The notes below the pieces were generated by a model. It ran no database searches. It saw nothing but the letters and a program-made list of their open reading frames with translations, and had not been told where the DNA came from. The position numbers and the translations under genes are program-made. Positions 39,948-49,326 of a stretch of 64,000 nt of DNA are shown piece after piece (position 1 is the stretch's first letter; each line of letters opens with the position of its first letter). Origin of the DNA: Cyanobacteria bacterium M_DeepCast_100m_m1_067 (GTDB taxonomy: Bacteria; Cyanobacteriota; Cyanobacteriia; PCC-6307; Cyanobiaceae); the NCBI GenBank assembly GCA_016882385.1, contig VGQC01000001.1, forward strand, positions 6,081 through 70,080, in the 5' to 3' direction.

Positions 39948-41119
39948 TGCTCGGACGCCTCTGGCAGGGCCGGCGCATTCCCTTGGCCTGGTTGCTGCTG
40001 ACGCGGCAGCCGGTGCGGTTGCTGGTGGCCCTGGCTGGGATCGCCTTTGCGGGCATTCTGATGTTCATGCAGCTGGGCTTTCGCGACGGGCTGTTCGATG
40101 CCAGCGTCACGATCCACCGGCTCTTTGACGCCGACCTGGTGCTGATCAGCCCGCGCTCCAGCAGCTCGGTGAGCATGGCCGGTTTTCCCAGGCGCCGGCT
40201 CGTGCAGGCCATGGCCGACCCCGCCGTGGAGGGGATCACGCCGGTGCACTGGAACCTGCTGCTCTGGCGCAACCCGGAAACCCGCGGCACCCGTTCGATC
40301 CTCACCCTCGGGTTTGAACCGGGTGATCCCCTGTTCACCGATCCCTCGCTGGCGCCCAAGGCCAAGCTGCTCCAAGACCGGGGCCGGGTGCTGTTTGATG
40401 AGCGCTCCCGGCCCGAGTTCGGTCCGGTGGCGGAGTGGTTTCGCAGCGGCCGCACGGTGGAAAGCGAAATCGGCGGCCAGCGGGTGCGGGTGGCGGGGCT
40501 CGTGGGTCTGGGCACCTCCTTTGGGGCCGACGGCAACCTGCTCACCAGCCACGAGACCTACCTGCAACTGCTGCCCAATACCCCTCCAGGCAGCATCGAA
40601 GTCGGACTGATCCGGCTGCGGCCTGGTTCTGATCCAGGAGCAGCGGTGGAGCGGCTGCAACGCCAGTTACCAGCCGATGTCACCGTGCTCACCAAGGAGG
40701 GCTTCATCGCCTTCGAGCAGAACTACTGGCGCACCAGCACCTCAATCGGCTTCATCTTCACGCTGGGCGCTGCGATGGGATTCGTGGTGGGCTGCGTGAT
40801 CGTCTATCAGATCCTCTATTCCGACGTCAGTGATCACCTGCCGGAATACGCCACGTTGATGGCGATGGGCTATCGCCTGCCCAGCCTGCTGGGGGTGGTG
40901 GCCCGCGAGGGCCTGCTGCTCGCCACCTTCGGCTACCTGCCGGCCTATGCGGCCGGCCAGGGCCTCTACTGGTTGGTGCGCAATGCCACCCAGCTGCCGG
41001 TGACGATGAACACCACCCGGGCCTTGACCGTGTTCACCATGATCCTGGTGATGTGCATGGGCTCGGCTGCCCTGGCGATGCGCCGGCTCGCCGACGCCGA
41101 TCCGGCGGAAATCTTCTGA
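39947..41119 (+). CDS. devC: DevC-family ABC permease
   Basis: IPLAWLLL, FMQLGF, YQILYSDVSDHLPEYATL, ADPAEIF. Confidence 0.92.
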   Translation: MLGRLWQGRRIPLAWLLLTRQPVRLLVALAGIAFAGILMFMQLGFRDGLFDASVTIHRLFDADLVLISPRSSSSVSMAGFPRRRLVQAMADPAVEGITPVHWNLLLWRNPETRGTRSILTLGFEPGDPLFTDPSLAPKAKLLQDRGRVLFDERSRPEFGPVAEWFRSGRTVESEIGGQRVRVAGLVGLGTSFGADGNLLTSHETYLQLLPNTPPGSIEVGLIRLRPGSDPGAAVERLQRQLPADVTVLTKEGFIAFEQNYWRTSTSIGFIFTLGAAMGFVVGCVIVYQILYSDVSDHLPEYATLMAMGYRLPSLLGVVAREGLLLATFGYLPAYAAGQGLYWLVRNATQLPVTMNTTRALTVFTMILVMCMGSAALAMRRLADADPAEIF

Positions 41120-41847
41120 TGGGTCTGGATCGTCTGGAGAGTGGGCCTGCTGCGTCGGACGTGGTGGTGCAGGTCGCCGGGTTGAGCCACTGGTATGGCG
41201 CCGGCGCCATGCAGCGGCAGGTGTTGCAGTCGGTCGATCTCGCCATCGCACCCGGTGAGGTGGTGCTGCTCACGGGCCCATCCGGGTGCGGCAAAACCAC
41301 CCTGCTCACCCTGGTGGGAGCCCTGCGCCAGGTGCAGCAGGGATCGGTGCGGGTGTTTGGCGAAGAGCTGCACGGCGCGGGACGAGCCTCACGCCAGCGT
41401 CTCCGTCGACGGATCGGCATGATTTTTCAGGGCCACAACCTGCTGCGTTGCCTGAGCGCCGAGCAGAACGTGCAAATGGGGGCCGACCTGCTGCCGGGAT
41501 TGGGCTATCGGGCCCGCCGCGATCGTGCGCGCGAATGGTTGCGTGCGGTGGGGCTGGGGGATCACCTGGGCAAGCTTCCCCACGATCTCTCCGGCGGCCA
41601 AAAGCAGCGGGTGGCGATTGCCCGAGCGTTGGCCGCCCGGCCCCAGTTGCTGTTAGCCGACGAACCCACCGCGGCCCTCGATTCCCGCAGCGGACGCGAG
41701 GTGGTGGATCTGCTCAAAGGCCTGGCGCGGGAACAGGGCTGCGGTGTGTTGATGGTGACCCACGATCCCCGCATTCTCGATGTGGCCGACCGGCTGGTGC
41801 AGATGGAGGATGGCCAGCTCAGTCAGGGGGCCAGGCCCATTGAGTAG
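41119..41847 (+). CDS. devA: DevA-family ABC ATPase
   Basis: GPSGCGKT, LSGGQKQRVAIARAL, ADEPTAALD, VTHDPRI. Confidence 0.92.
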   Translation: MGLDRLESGPAASDVVVQVAGLSHWYGAGAMQRQVLQSVDLAIAPGEVVLLTGPSGCGKTTLLTLVGALRQVQQGSVRVFGEELHGAGRASRQRLRRRIGMIFQGHNLLRCLSAEQNVQMGADLLPGLGYRARRDRAREWLRAVGLGDHLGKLPHDLSGGQKQRVAIARALAARPQLLLADEPTAALDSRSGREVVDLLKGLAREQGCGVLMVTHDPRILDVADRLVQMEDGQLSQGARPIE

Positions 41848-41882
41848 GGTGAGGATTCGCATCTCTCCCCGTTGCCGTACGC

Positions 41883-42038
41883 ATGGCCAAGCGCAGGAAT
41901 CTCAAGAAAGAAAAACAGGAGCGCAACCGCGCCTACGCGCGCAAGTTCAAGAAGCGCAAGCTGCGCAACGATGGCCGCGGTGAAGGGGCCGGCAACGGTG
42001 TGACCGGCACGGCCAACAACGGCGGCGCTGCTGACTGA
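41883..42038 (+). CDS. 51-aa highly basic protein (not in ORF track)
   Basis: Hand translation MAKRRNLKKEKQERNRAYARKFKKRKLRNDGRGEGAGNGVTGTANNGGAAD*. AAG/CGC/AAC-biased codons; followed by its own terminator. Confidence 0.8.
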   Translation: MAKRRNLKKEKQERNRAYARKFKKRKLRNDGRGEGAGNGVTGTANNGGAAD

Positions 42039-42061
42039 TCAGCGCTTAGTCGCGTTGCTGC

Positions 42062-42086
42062 GGGGATCCTGAGGGGTCCCCTTTTT
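42062..42086 (+). terminator. rho-independent terminator after the 51-aa gene
   Basis: GGGGATCCT-GA-GGGGTCCCC hairpin followed by TTTTT. Confidence 0.85.
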
Positions 42087-42173
42087 GCTGTTCACGACCA
42101 CTCGGCTCACGAGCACAAGATTTTCTGTCTTTCGGGGCACCGTCTTTCGGCTCAATCTCCCCCGGCGACTCGG

Positions 42174-43127
42174 ATGTTCCTCAGCGTCGTCATCCCCACC
42201 TACAACCGTCTGCCGATCCTGCAGAAGTGCCTGCGGGCTCTGGAAGCTCAGGAGCTGGCGCCGCTGATCACCGGCTTTGAGGTGGTGGTGGTCGACGACG
42301 GCTCCACCGATGACACGGTGGCCTGGCTGCGCGGGCACGCGGCCGAATTGCCCCATGTGCGGCTGATCCAGCAGGAACACGGTGGTCCCGCTGAAGGGCG
42401 CAACCGGGGGGTGCAGCAGGCCCGGGGTGAGGTGATTGTTTTCATCGACAGCGACCTGGTGGTCACCCCCAGCTTTCTGCTCTGCCACGCTCAGGCCCTG
42501 GAGCAGCACTGGAAGAGGCGGGGCGATCGCCGCTGTTTCACCTATGGCGCGGTGATCAACACCGCCAACTTCGAGGCTCCCACCAGCGAGCCCCACAAGT
42601 TGCAGGACGTGTCGTTCGCCTATTTCGCCACCGGCAATGTGGCGATCGATCGCGCCGTGCTGGAGCAGGCCGGCCTGTTCGATACGCGCTTCCGCCTGTA
42701 CGGCTGGGAGGATCTGGAGCTGGGGGAGCGGCTGCGGCAACTCGGGGTGGTCCTGGTCCGCTGCCCTGAGGCGGTGGGCTACCACTGGCATCCGGCCCTG
42801 CGGCTGGAGCAGATCCCCGACCTGATTCGTGTCGAGCGGGAGCGGGCCAAAATGGGCTTGGTGTTCTATTTGAAGCACCCCACCCGGCGCGTGCGGTTCA
42901 TCATTCAGTACACCTGGTTGCACCGGCTGCTTTGGGAGCTGCTCACCCTGGGGGGCCTGCTCAATGAGCGCAGCCTGCGGCCCCTGCTGGCTTGGTTGAT
43001 CCGCGGCGGACACCCCGGCTTGGCGATGGAGCTGCTGCGGCTGCCGCTGAACCGTCTGGGGGTACGAGCGCTGTATGCCGAAGCCCAGGCCCTTGCGGCC
43101 ACAAGCCAGGCCTGCAGCCCTGTTTGA
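42174..43127 (+). CDS. glycosyltransferase family 2
   Basis: SVVIPTYNR, VDDGSTD, FIDSD, YGWEDLELG. Confidence 0.93.
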   Translation: MFLSVVIPTYNRLPILQKCLRALEAQELAPLITGFEVVVVDDGSTDDTVAWLRGHAAELPHVRLIQQEHGGPAEGRNRGVQQARGEVIVFIDSDLVVTPSFLLCHAQALEQHWKRRGDRRCFTYGAVINTANFEAPTSEPHKLQDVSFAYFATGNVAIDRAVLEQAGLFDTRFRLYGWEDLELGERLRQLGVVLVRCPEAVGYHWHPALRLEQIPDLIRVERERAKMGLVFYLKHPTRRVRFIIQYTWLHRLLWELLTLGGLLNERSLRPLLAWLIRGGHPGLAMELLRLPLNRLGVRALYAEAQALAATSQACSPV

Positions 43128-43149
43128 TAGGGTGAATCTGTTCCATTCA

Positions 43150-43268
43150 CCCCGCACACCTGCGTGTTTCGGGTGATCTGAGCGCTTAACCCCACCGGTC
43201 CCTTTGGCTGGCTGGGTTGCTCGAGATCCCTGGCAGGTGGAGGCAAACCCGAAACCCCCAACCAAACC
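43150..43268 (+). promoter_or_regulatory. rpsB 5' leader (S2 autoregulatory / t44-like RNA)
   Basis: Complementary pairs CACCTGC(43157-63)/GCAGGTG(43233-39) and GTTTCGGGT(43166-74)/ACCCGAAAC(43247-55), directly upstream of rpsB. Confidence 0.7.
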
Positions 43269-43982
43269 ATGGCTGTTGTCACACTCGCCGAAATGATGGA
43301 GGCGGGTGCCCACTTTGGGCACCAAACGCGCCGCTGGAATCCCAAGATGTCGCGCTACATCTATTGCGCGCGCAACGGCGTTCACATCATTGATCTCGTG
43401 CAGACCGCCGTCTGCATGAACAACGCCTACAAGTGGACCCGCAGTGCCGCACGCAGCGGCAAGCGCTTCCTCTTCGTGGGCACCAAGAAGCAGGCCTCCG
43501 AGGTGATCGCCCAGGAAGCCACCCGCTGTGGCGCCTCCTACGTGAACCAGCGCTGGCTGGGCGGCATGCTCACCAACTGGACCACGATGCGCGCCCGCAT
43601 CGACCGGCTCAAGGATCTCGAGCGGATGGAGAGCTCCGGCGCCATCGCCATGCGTCCCAAGAAGGAAGCTGCGGTGCTGCGCCGGGAGCTGGAGCGCCTC
43701 CAGAAGTATCTCGGTGGCCTCAAGAACATGCGCCGCCTGCCCGATGTGGTGGTGCTGGTGGACCAGCGCCGTGAAACCAACGCCGTGCTCGAGGCCCGCA
43801 AGCTCGATATCCCCCTGGTGTCGATGCTGGACACCAACTGCGATCCCGACCTCTGCGACGTGCCCATCCCCTGCAACGACGACGCCGTGCGCTCGGTGCA
43901 ACTGGTGCTCGGTCGCCTGGCGGACGCCATCAACGAAGGCCGCCATGGTGCCCAGGACCAGGGCCGTGACGACGAGGGCTGA
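43269..43982 (+). CDS. rpsB: 30S ribosomal protein S2
   Basis: [38 protein letters not shown]. Confidence 0.99.
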   Translation: MAVVTLAEMMEAGAHFGHQTRRWNPKMSRYIYCARNGVHIIDLVQTAVCMNNAYKWTRSAARSGKRFLFVGTKKQASEVIAQEATRCGASYVNQRWLGGMLTNWTTMRARIDRLKDLERMESSGAIAMRPKKEAAVLRRELERLQKYLGGLKNMRRLPDVVVLVDQRRETNAVLEARKLDIPLVSMLDTNCDPDLCDVPIPCNDDAVRSVQLVLGRLADAINEGRHGAQDQGRDDEG

Positions 43983-44029
43983 TTTTCCCGCTCCCCGTTC
44001 CCCTTTGAATTCCGTACCCCATACCCTCC

Positions 44030-44689
44030 ATGGCTGAGATTTCGGCAAAGCTGGTTAAAGAACTGCGCGACAAGACCGGCGCAGGCATGATGGATTGCAA
44101 GAAGGCGCTGTCGGAGTGCGACGGCGACCCCACCAAGGCCACCGAGTGGCTGCGCCAGAAGGGCATCGCCACCGCCGAGAAAAAGGCCGGCCGCACTGCC
44201 GCTGAAGGTGCCATCGGCAGCTACATCCACACCGGTGCCCGCGTGGGCGTGCTGGTGGAGGTCAACTGCGAAACCGACTTCGTCGCCCGCGGCGAGGTGT
44301 TTCAGGAGCTGCTGCGCAACGTGGCCATGCAGATCGCTGCCTGCCCTGGCGTCGAGTACGTCAGCGTGGACCAGATCCCTGCCGAAGTGGCCGAGCGCGA
44401 GAAGTCCATCGAGATGGGACGGGACGACCTGGCCGGCAAGAAGGAAGAGATGAAGGTCAAGATCGTGGAAGGCCGCATCGGCAAGCGCCTTAAGGAGCTG
44501 GCCCTGCTGGACCAGCCCTTCATCAAGGACAGCGCCGTCACCGTGGCCGAGATGGTCAAGCAGGTGGCCGGCAAGGTGGGCGAAAACATCCAGGTGCGTC
44601 GCTTCACCCGCTTCACCCTCGGCGAAGGCATTGAGGTGGAGAAGGCTGATTTCGCCGCTGAAGTGGCGGCGATGACCCAGTCGGCCTGA
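44030..44689 (+). CDS. tsf: elongation factor Ts
   Basis: [30 protein letters not shown]. Confidence 0.99.
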   Translation: MAEISAKLVKELRDKTGAGMMDCKKALSECDGDPTKATEWLRQKGIATAEKKAGRTAAEGAIGSYIHTGARVGVLVEVNCETDFVARGEVFQELLRNVAMQIAACPGVEYVSVDQIPAEVAEREKSIEMGRDDLAGKKEEMKVKIVEGRIGKRLKELALLDQPFIKDSAVTVAEMVKQVAGKVGENIQVRRFTRFTLGEGIEVEKADFAAEVAAMTQSA

Positions 44690-44700
44690 GCGGCAATCCT

Positions 44701-45816
44701 GTGACGGTGCTGGAGGCTGCTCGCCAGCAGCTCACGGATCTGGAAACCCAGCTGACGGCCTCCAATCCGCAGCTCTACCGGCACCTGGCTCTTTATCTCC
44801 AGGTGCTCAGGGATGGCCTGCTGAACACTGTTCAGCAGGCCTGTTTTCATTTGGCGACGCAGGCCTATCCCGATCGCTACCTCGAGCTGGAGGATTCCCA
44901 GCGTCAGGTGTTGCATCGGCGTCTCCGCAGCCTGGTGCTGCGGGCCACAAGCCTGCTCACGGTGGAGCAGGTGACGCACCTGGCCTCCCAGATGGCGCGC
45001 GAACAGCACCGTCAGCGCAACCGTCAGCGCCACCAACGGCGCAGCCGCCTGCTGGAGGCCCTTGAGCAGGGCGGCACCAGCGAGTCTTTGGCCGAGGCGG
45101 ACGAAGCAAACCAGCCGCCGCGCGGTTCGGTGCATCTCGGATTGGCCTTGCCGATCGGCGCTGATTTTCTTCCCACCTCCAGCTTTGCCCTGACAGCTGC
45201 GGGCCAATCACCTGCGCTTGAATCCAGCGAGGCCGATCCGGATCCGGGGGAGGACGCCGAGCAGGAGTCAGACATGCAGGCCATGGCCGAAGCCTTCAGT
45301 GAATGGCTGGAGCAGGCCCCGCCCCGGGCCCCCACCCCCTGGGATGGAGGCTCCATGCCGAGCGATCCGGCCCAGCTGATGGCCTGGATCGCCGGTTTTG
45401 AGCTGGCCCTCAGCCGCCGGCTGCGCAACCTTTCCCATGCCCTCAACGTGGAGCTGCTGCGGCTTGGGCTCAGCCGCACCCTGCTGCCGGTGAGCCTGTT
45501 GGATGCGGTGTTGGCTGGCCAACTGGACACGTTGGAGGCTCCGGCCAACCTGCTGCGGCTGCCCTTGCCATTTGGCCCCGATGCGGGGGCGGCGCGGGTG
45601 GAGGCCATGACGGTGCTGCTGCGCCCGGACGATCTCGAGCTGGCGCTTCCCAAACTGCGCACCTGTCGCACCCGGATTCAGCAACACAGGCAGGAGGTGC
45701 GCAGAATGGCCCAGCACTATCGCCGCATCCAGCGGCGCGTTCAGGCGCTTGAGGCGGAACAGCTGTGGCTGCAGGACATCAACCCAGCCCAGACTCCCCC
45801 GCAGCCCTCGACGTAG
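44701..45816 (+). CDS. conserved hypothetical protein
   Basis: 371-aa ORF between tsf and recG (LYRHLALYLQVLR; RRLRNLSHALNVELLR). Confidence 0.8.
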   Translation: MTVLEAARQQLTDLETQLTASNPQLYRHLALYLQVLRDGLLNTVQQACFHLATQAYPDRYLELEDSQRQVLHRRLRSLVLRATSLLTVEQVTHLASQMAREQHRQRNRQRHQRRSRLLEALEQGGTSESLAEADEANQPPRGSVHLGLALPIGADFLPTSSFALTAAGQSPALESSEADPDPGEDAEQESDMQAMAEAFSEWLEQAPPRAPTPWDGGSMPSDPAQLMAWIAGFELALSRRLRNLSHALNVELLRLGLSRTLLPVSLLDAVLAGQLDTLEAPANLLRLPLPFGPDAGAARVEAMTVLLRPDDLELALPKLRTCRTRIQQHRQEVRRMAQHYRRIQRRVQALEAEQLWLQDINPAQTPPQPST

Positions 45817-48284
45817 AGGCCTGGCTGCGCACCCTGCAGCAGGCGCTGCAAGTCGAGGCGGATCGGGGCTTCGTCGATCTCAAGGGCCGCCAGAGCCGCT
45901 TCAGTGCCTTTGTGATTCAGCAGCTGCAGGAGCGACCTGCCGATCTCCCGGACGAGCCACTGCAGAGGATCCTGGCGCTGCGGGCGGGGTTTGACACCTA
46001 CAGCGAACTCTCACTGGCCCGGCGTCAGTCGCTGGTGCGTCAGTGCCGCGAGCGGTTGCATGCCTTGCGCCAGGCCCAGCGTCCGGTGTTGGCGGTGGCC
46101 CCTCCTCGGCTGCGGCTGGTGCCCAGTGGGTCGTCAGCGACGGCCAGTGCGCCCAGCCCTGGGGCGGCTGGCTTCACAGCCGACACACCCCTCTCGGAGG
46201 TCCGCGGTGTCGGCCCCAAAACTGCGGCACGGCTGGCCCAGCTGGGGCTCTGGGTGGTGCGCGACCTGGTGCACTATTACCCCCGCGACTACCTCGATTA
46301 CGCCAACCTCGTGCGGATCAGCGGCCTGGAGCCGGGCCGTACAGCCACCATCGTCGCCACGGTGCGCCGCAGCCACGCCTTTGCCAGCCCGCGCAACCCC
46401 AATCTCTCGATCCTGGAATTGCATCTGGTCGACTGCACCGGGCGGATTCGGGTCAGCCGGTTCTTTGCCGGCCAGCGCTTCTCCAGCCCCGGCTGGTTGA
46501 AATCCCAACAACGGCTGTTTCCAGTGGGCGCCACGGTGGCGGTGAGTGGCCTGGTCAAAGAAACCCCCTACGGCCCGGCATTCCAGGACCCCTTGATGGA
46601 GGTGCTGGACTCGCCCCAGGCTCCGGTGCGATCCGAGACGATCGGTCGCCTGCTGCCGGTGTACGGGCTCACCGAAGGCCTGGGTGCCGACCGCTTGCGT
46701 CAGGTGGTGGAGGCGGTGCTGCCGGTGCTGCGCCGCTGGCCTGATCCCTTGCCCGAAGGCCTGCGCCGCAGCCACGGGCTGATCACCCGCTCCGAGGCGC
46801 TCACCCAGATCCACGCGCCGGCGAGCCAGGAGCAACTCCAGGCCAGCCGCCGCCGGTTGGTGTTCGATGAGTTTCTGCTGCTGCAACTGGGCCTGGCCCA
46901 GCGGCGGCGCCAGCTCAGCCAGCGCCCCGCCCCGCCCCTGGCGTTGCCCGCCGGGGGTGAGGGCCTGGTGCAACGCTTCCTGGCCATCCTGCCGTTTGCG
47001 CTCACGGGCGCCCAGGAGCGGGTGCTGGCGGAAATCCGCGCCGATCTGGTCCGTCCCCAGCCGATGGCTCGGCTGGTGCAGGGTGATGTGGGCAGCGGCA
47101 AAACCGTCGTGGCCCTCGCCTCTCTGCTCACTGCGATCGAAGCCGGCTGCCAGGGGGCGTTGATGGCACCCACCGAGGTGTTGGCGGAGCAGCACTACCG
47201 CAAGCTGGCGGAATGGCTGCCCCAGCTGCACGTCACCTCTGCCCTGCTCACCGGCTCCACGCCGGCCCCGAGGCGCCGGCAGCTGCTGCAGGACCTTGCC
47301 AATGGCCAGCTGCAGCTGCTGGTGGGCACCCACGCCCTGCTTGAAGACCCGGTGCAGTTTGATCGGCTGGGCCTGGTGGTGGTGGATGAGCAGCACCGCT
47401 TCGGGGTGCGCCAGCGCAACCGGCTGCTGGCCAAGGGCCTGCAACCCCACCTGCTGACGATGACGGCCACCCCGATCCCGCGCACCTTGGCCCTCTCGCT
47501 GCATGGCGATCTGGATGTCAGCCAGATCGATGCCCTACCCCCAGGCCGCCAGCCCATTCGCACCCACCTGCTCAAGGGCAGCCAGCGGCAGCAGGCCTAT
47601 GCCCTGATCCGCGAGCAGGTGGCCCTGGGCCAGCGGGCCTACGTGGTGCTGCCCTTGGTGGAGGACTCGGAGAAACTCGAGCTGCGGTCCGCCGTGGAGG
47701 TGCACCGGCAACTCAGTGAAGAGGAATTTCCCGAGCTCAGTGTTGGACTGCTGCATGGACGCCTCAACAGCGCCGACAAGCAAGCCGCCATTGGCGCCTT
47801 TGCCTGTGGCGCTTCACAGGTGCTGGTGAGCACCACAGTGGTGGAGGTGGGCGTGGATGTGCCGGAAGCGAGCGTGATGGTGATCGAACATGCCGAGCGC
47901 TTCGGGTTGGCCCAGCTGCACCAGTTGCGTGGCCGGGTCGGACGGGGAGCTGCTGCGTCCCACTGCCTGTTGATCAACGACAGCAGCAACGTGCTGGCCC
48001 GCCAGCGGCTGGAGGTGCTGGTGCGCTCCAGTGACGGTTTCGAGATCGCCGAGATGGACCTGCGCCTGCGGGGCCCGGGACAGGTGCTCGGCACGCGCCA
48101 GAGTGGTTTGCCCGATCTGGCCTTGGCCAGCCTCACAGAAGACGGTGCGGTGCTCGAGGAGGCCCGCGACCTGGCCAGGCAGATCACGGCCACCGATCCC
48201 GATCTGCAGCAGCATCCGGGGCTGGCCCAGGCCCTGGCTGAGCAGCGCCGCCGGCAGATGGATCAAGCGGCTCGGCTCAACTGA
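45765..48284 (+). CDS. recG: ATP-dependent DNA helicase RecG
   Basis: QGDVGSGKT, DEQHRFG, MTATPIPRTL, QLHQLRGRVGRG, DLRLRGPG. Confidence 0.97.
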   Translation: MAAGHQPSPDSPAALDVEAWLRTLQQALQVEADRGFVDLKGRQSRFSAFVIQQLQERPADLPDEPLQRILALRAGFDTYSELSLARRQSLVRQCRERLHALRQAQRPVLAVAPPRLRLVPSGSSATASAPSPGAAGFTADTPLSEVRGVGPKTAARLAQLGLWVVRDLVHYYPRDYLDYANLVRISGLEPGRTATIVATVRRSHAFASPRNPNLSILELHLVDCTGRIRVSRFFAGQRFSSPGWLKSQQRLFPVGATVAVSGLVKETPYGPAFQDPLMEVLDSPQAPVRSETIGRLLPVYGLTEGLGADRLRQVVEAVLPVLRRWPDPLPEGLRRSHGLITRSEALTQIHAPASQEQLQASRRRLVFDEFLLLQLGLAQRRRQLSQRPAPPLALPAGGEGLVQRFLAILPFALTGAQERVLAEIRADLVRPQPMARLVQGDVGSGKTVVALASLLTAIEAGCQGALMAPTEVLAEQHYRKLAEWLPQLHVTSALLTGSTPAPRRRQLLQDLANGQLQLLVGTHALLEDPVQFDRLGLVVVDEQHRFGVRQRNRLLAKGLQPHLLTMTATPIPRTLALSLHGDLDVSQIDALPPGRQPIRTHLLKGSQRQQAYALIREQVALGQRAYVVLPLVEDSEKLELRSAVEVHRQLSEEEFPELSVGLLHGRLNSADKQAAIGAFACGASQVLVSTTVVEVGVDVPEASVMVIEHAERFGLAQLHQLRGRVGRGAAASHCLLINDSSNVLARQRLEVLVRSSDGFEIAEMDLRLRGPGQVLGTRQSGLPDLALASLTEDGAVLEEARDLARQITATDPDLQQHPGLAQALAEQRRRQMDQAARLN

Positions 48285-48304
48285 CCCCTTCTCCCCTTCC
48301 CTTC

Positions 48305-49033
48305 ATGGCCCTGCGACCCTGGAGTCCGATTCCGATCGTGGAGGCCGGGGAGCCACTGGTGGCGTTGCCGCCGCAGCTGTGGCGGCTGCAGCCCCATCCC
48401 TACGTGAGTCTCGGGGCGCCCTATGGCGTCCAGGGGGATCCCTTCCGGTTGCGCAGGGGCGTGGTGGAGCGGCTGCTGCAGGCTGAGCAGGAGCTGCGGC
48501 ACGCCCAGTTTCAGTGCCGCCTGGCAATTTTTGATGCCTGGCGCCCCCTCGCTGTGCAGCGCTTCATGGTGCGCCATGCCGTGGAGGAGGAGTGCGCCCG
48601 TGCTGGTGTGGATCCCGATCAGCCCTCGACCGCGCGCGACCGCGTGATCACCGAGGTGGGGCGCTTCTGGGCCCCGCCGAGCGACGATCCGGCCACACCG
48701 CCGCCCCACAGCACCGGAGCGGCTGTCGACCTCACCCTGGCCGATGGTTCGGGCGTGCCCCTGGCCATGGGGGGCGAGATCGATGCGATTGGCCCCGTAT
48801 CGGAGCCGGCGTTCTACGCGGATGCCGCCCTGGCGGATCCCGGCGGGGATGCGGCCCTTTGGCATGGGCGTCGCCAGCTGTTGGCCCAGGTGATGGCCGG
48901 TGCTGGCTTCGCACAGCATCCCAACGAGTGGTGGCACTTCAGCTGGGGCGATCAACTCTGGGCCTGGCGCCGTGGCCAAGGGCAGGCCCGTTACGGGCGG
49001 ATCGGCGAGGCGGCCAGCTCTTTGGCCAGCTGA
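48305..49033 (+). CDS. M15 family D-Ala-D-Ala dipeptidase (VanX/DdpX-like)
   Basis: FDAWRP, PPHSTGAAVDLTL, EWWHFSWGD. Confidence 0.9.
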   Translation: MALRPWSPIPIVEAGEPLVALPPQLWRLQPHPYVSLGAPYGVQGDPFRLRRGVVERLLQAEQELRHAQFQCRLAIFDAWRPLAVQRFMVRHAVEEECARAGVDPDQPSTARDRVITEVGRFWAPPSDDPATPPPHSTGAAVDLTLADGSGVPLAMGGEIDAIGPVSEPAFYADAALADPGGDAALWHGRRQLLAQVMAGAGFAQHPNEWWHFSWGDQLWAWRRGQGQARYGRIGEAASSLAS

Positions 49034-49326
49034 TCGGCCTGCTGGGGCGTCAACAGCTGTCGCTCGACGCAGCGCTTCAGACTGCGCTGGGTGATCTCCA
49101 GTTGCAGCTTCCGCAGGCGAGCGAGCACGGCCGGGCTCTGGTCGGCATAGGGCTGCAACTGCCGCTGAAACGCCGTTCGGATGGGCTCCACATCGCAGGT
49201 GGTGCGATCGGTGTCGTAGAGGGTGGGCCGGGAGGCCTACGGCTCCGGTTGGCGGCGCTGCTGGCTCCACGCCGGCGAAGCCAGCAGCGCTGAGCCCAGG
49301 ACCATGGCTGCCAGGAGCCTGGTCAC
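48991..49326 (-). pseudogene. secreted hypothetical protein interrupted by one in-frame TAG (49237-49239)
   Basis: GTG 49326 overlaps the sir stop. (M)TRLLAAMVLGSALLASPAWSQQRRQPEP*ASRPTLYDTDRTTCDVEPIRTAFQRQLQPYADQ... continues in the same frame. Confidence 0.65.

Noticed and set aside
42039-44048. 669-aa minus-strand ORF and other long antisense ORFs (e.g. 3700-5181, 6190-7755, 46134-47504, 49524-51035)
   Set aside because: Antisense shadows of well-supported genes, expected at high GC.
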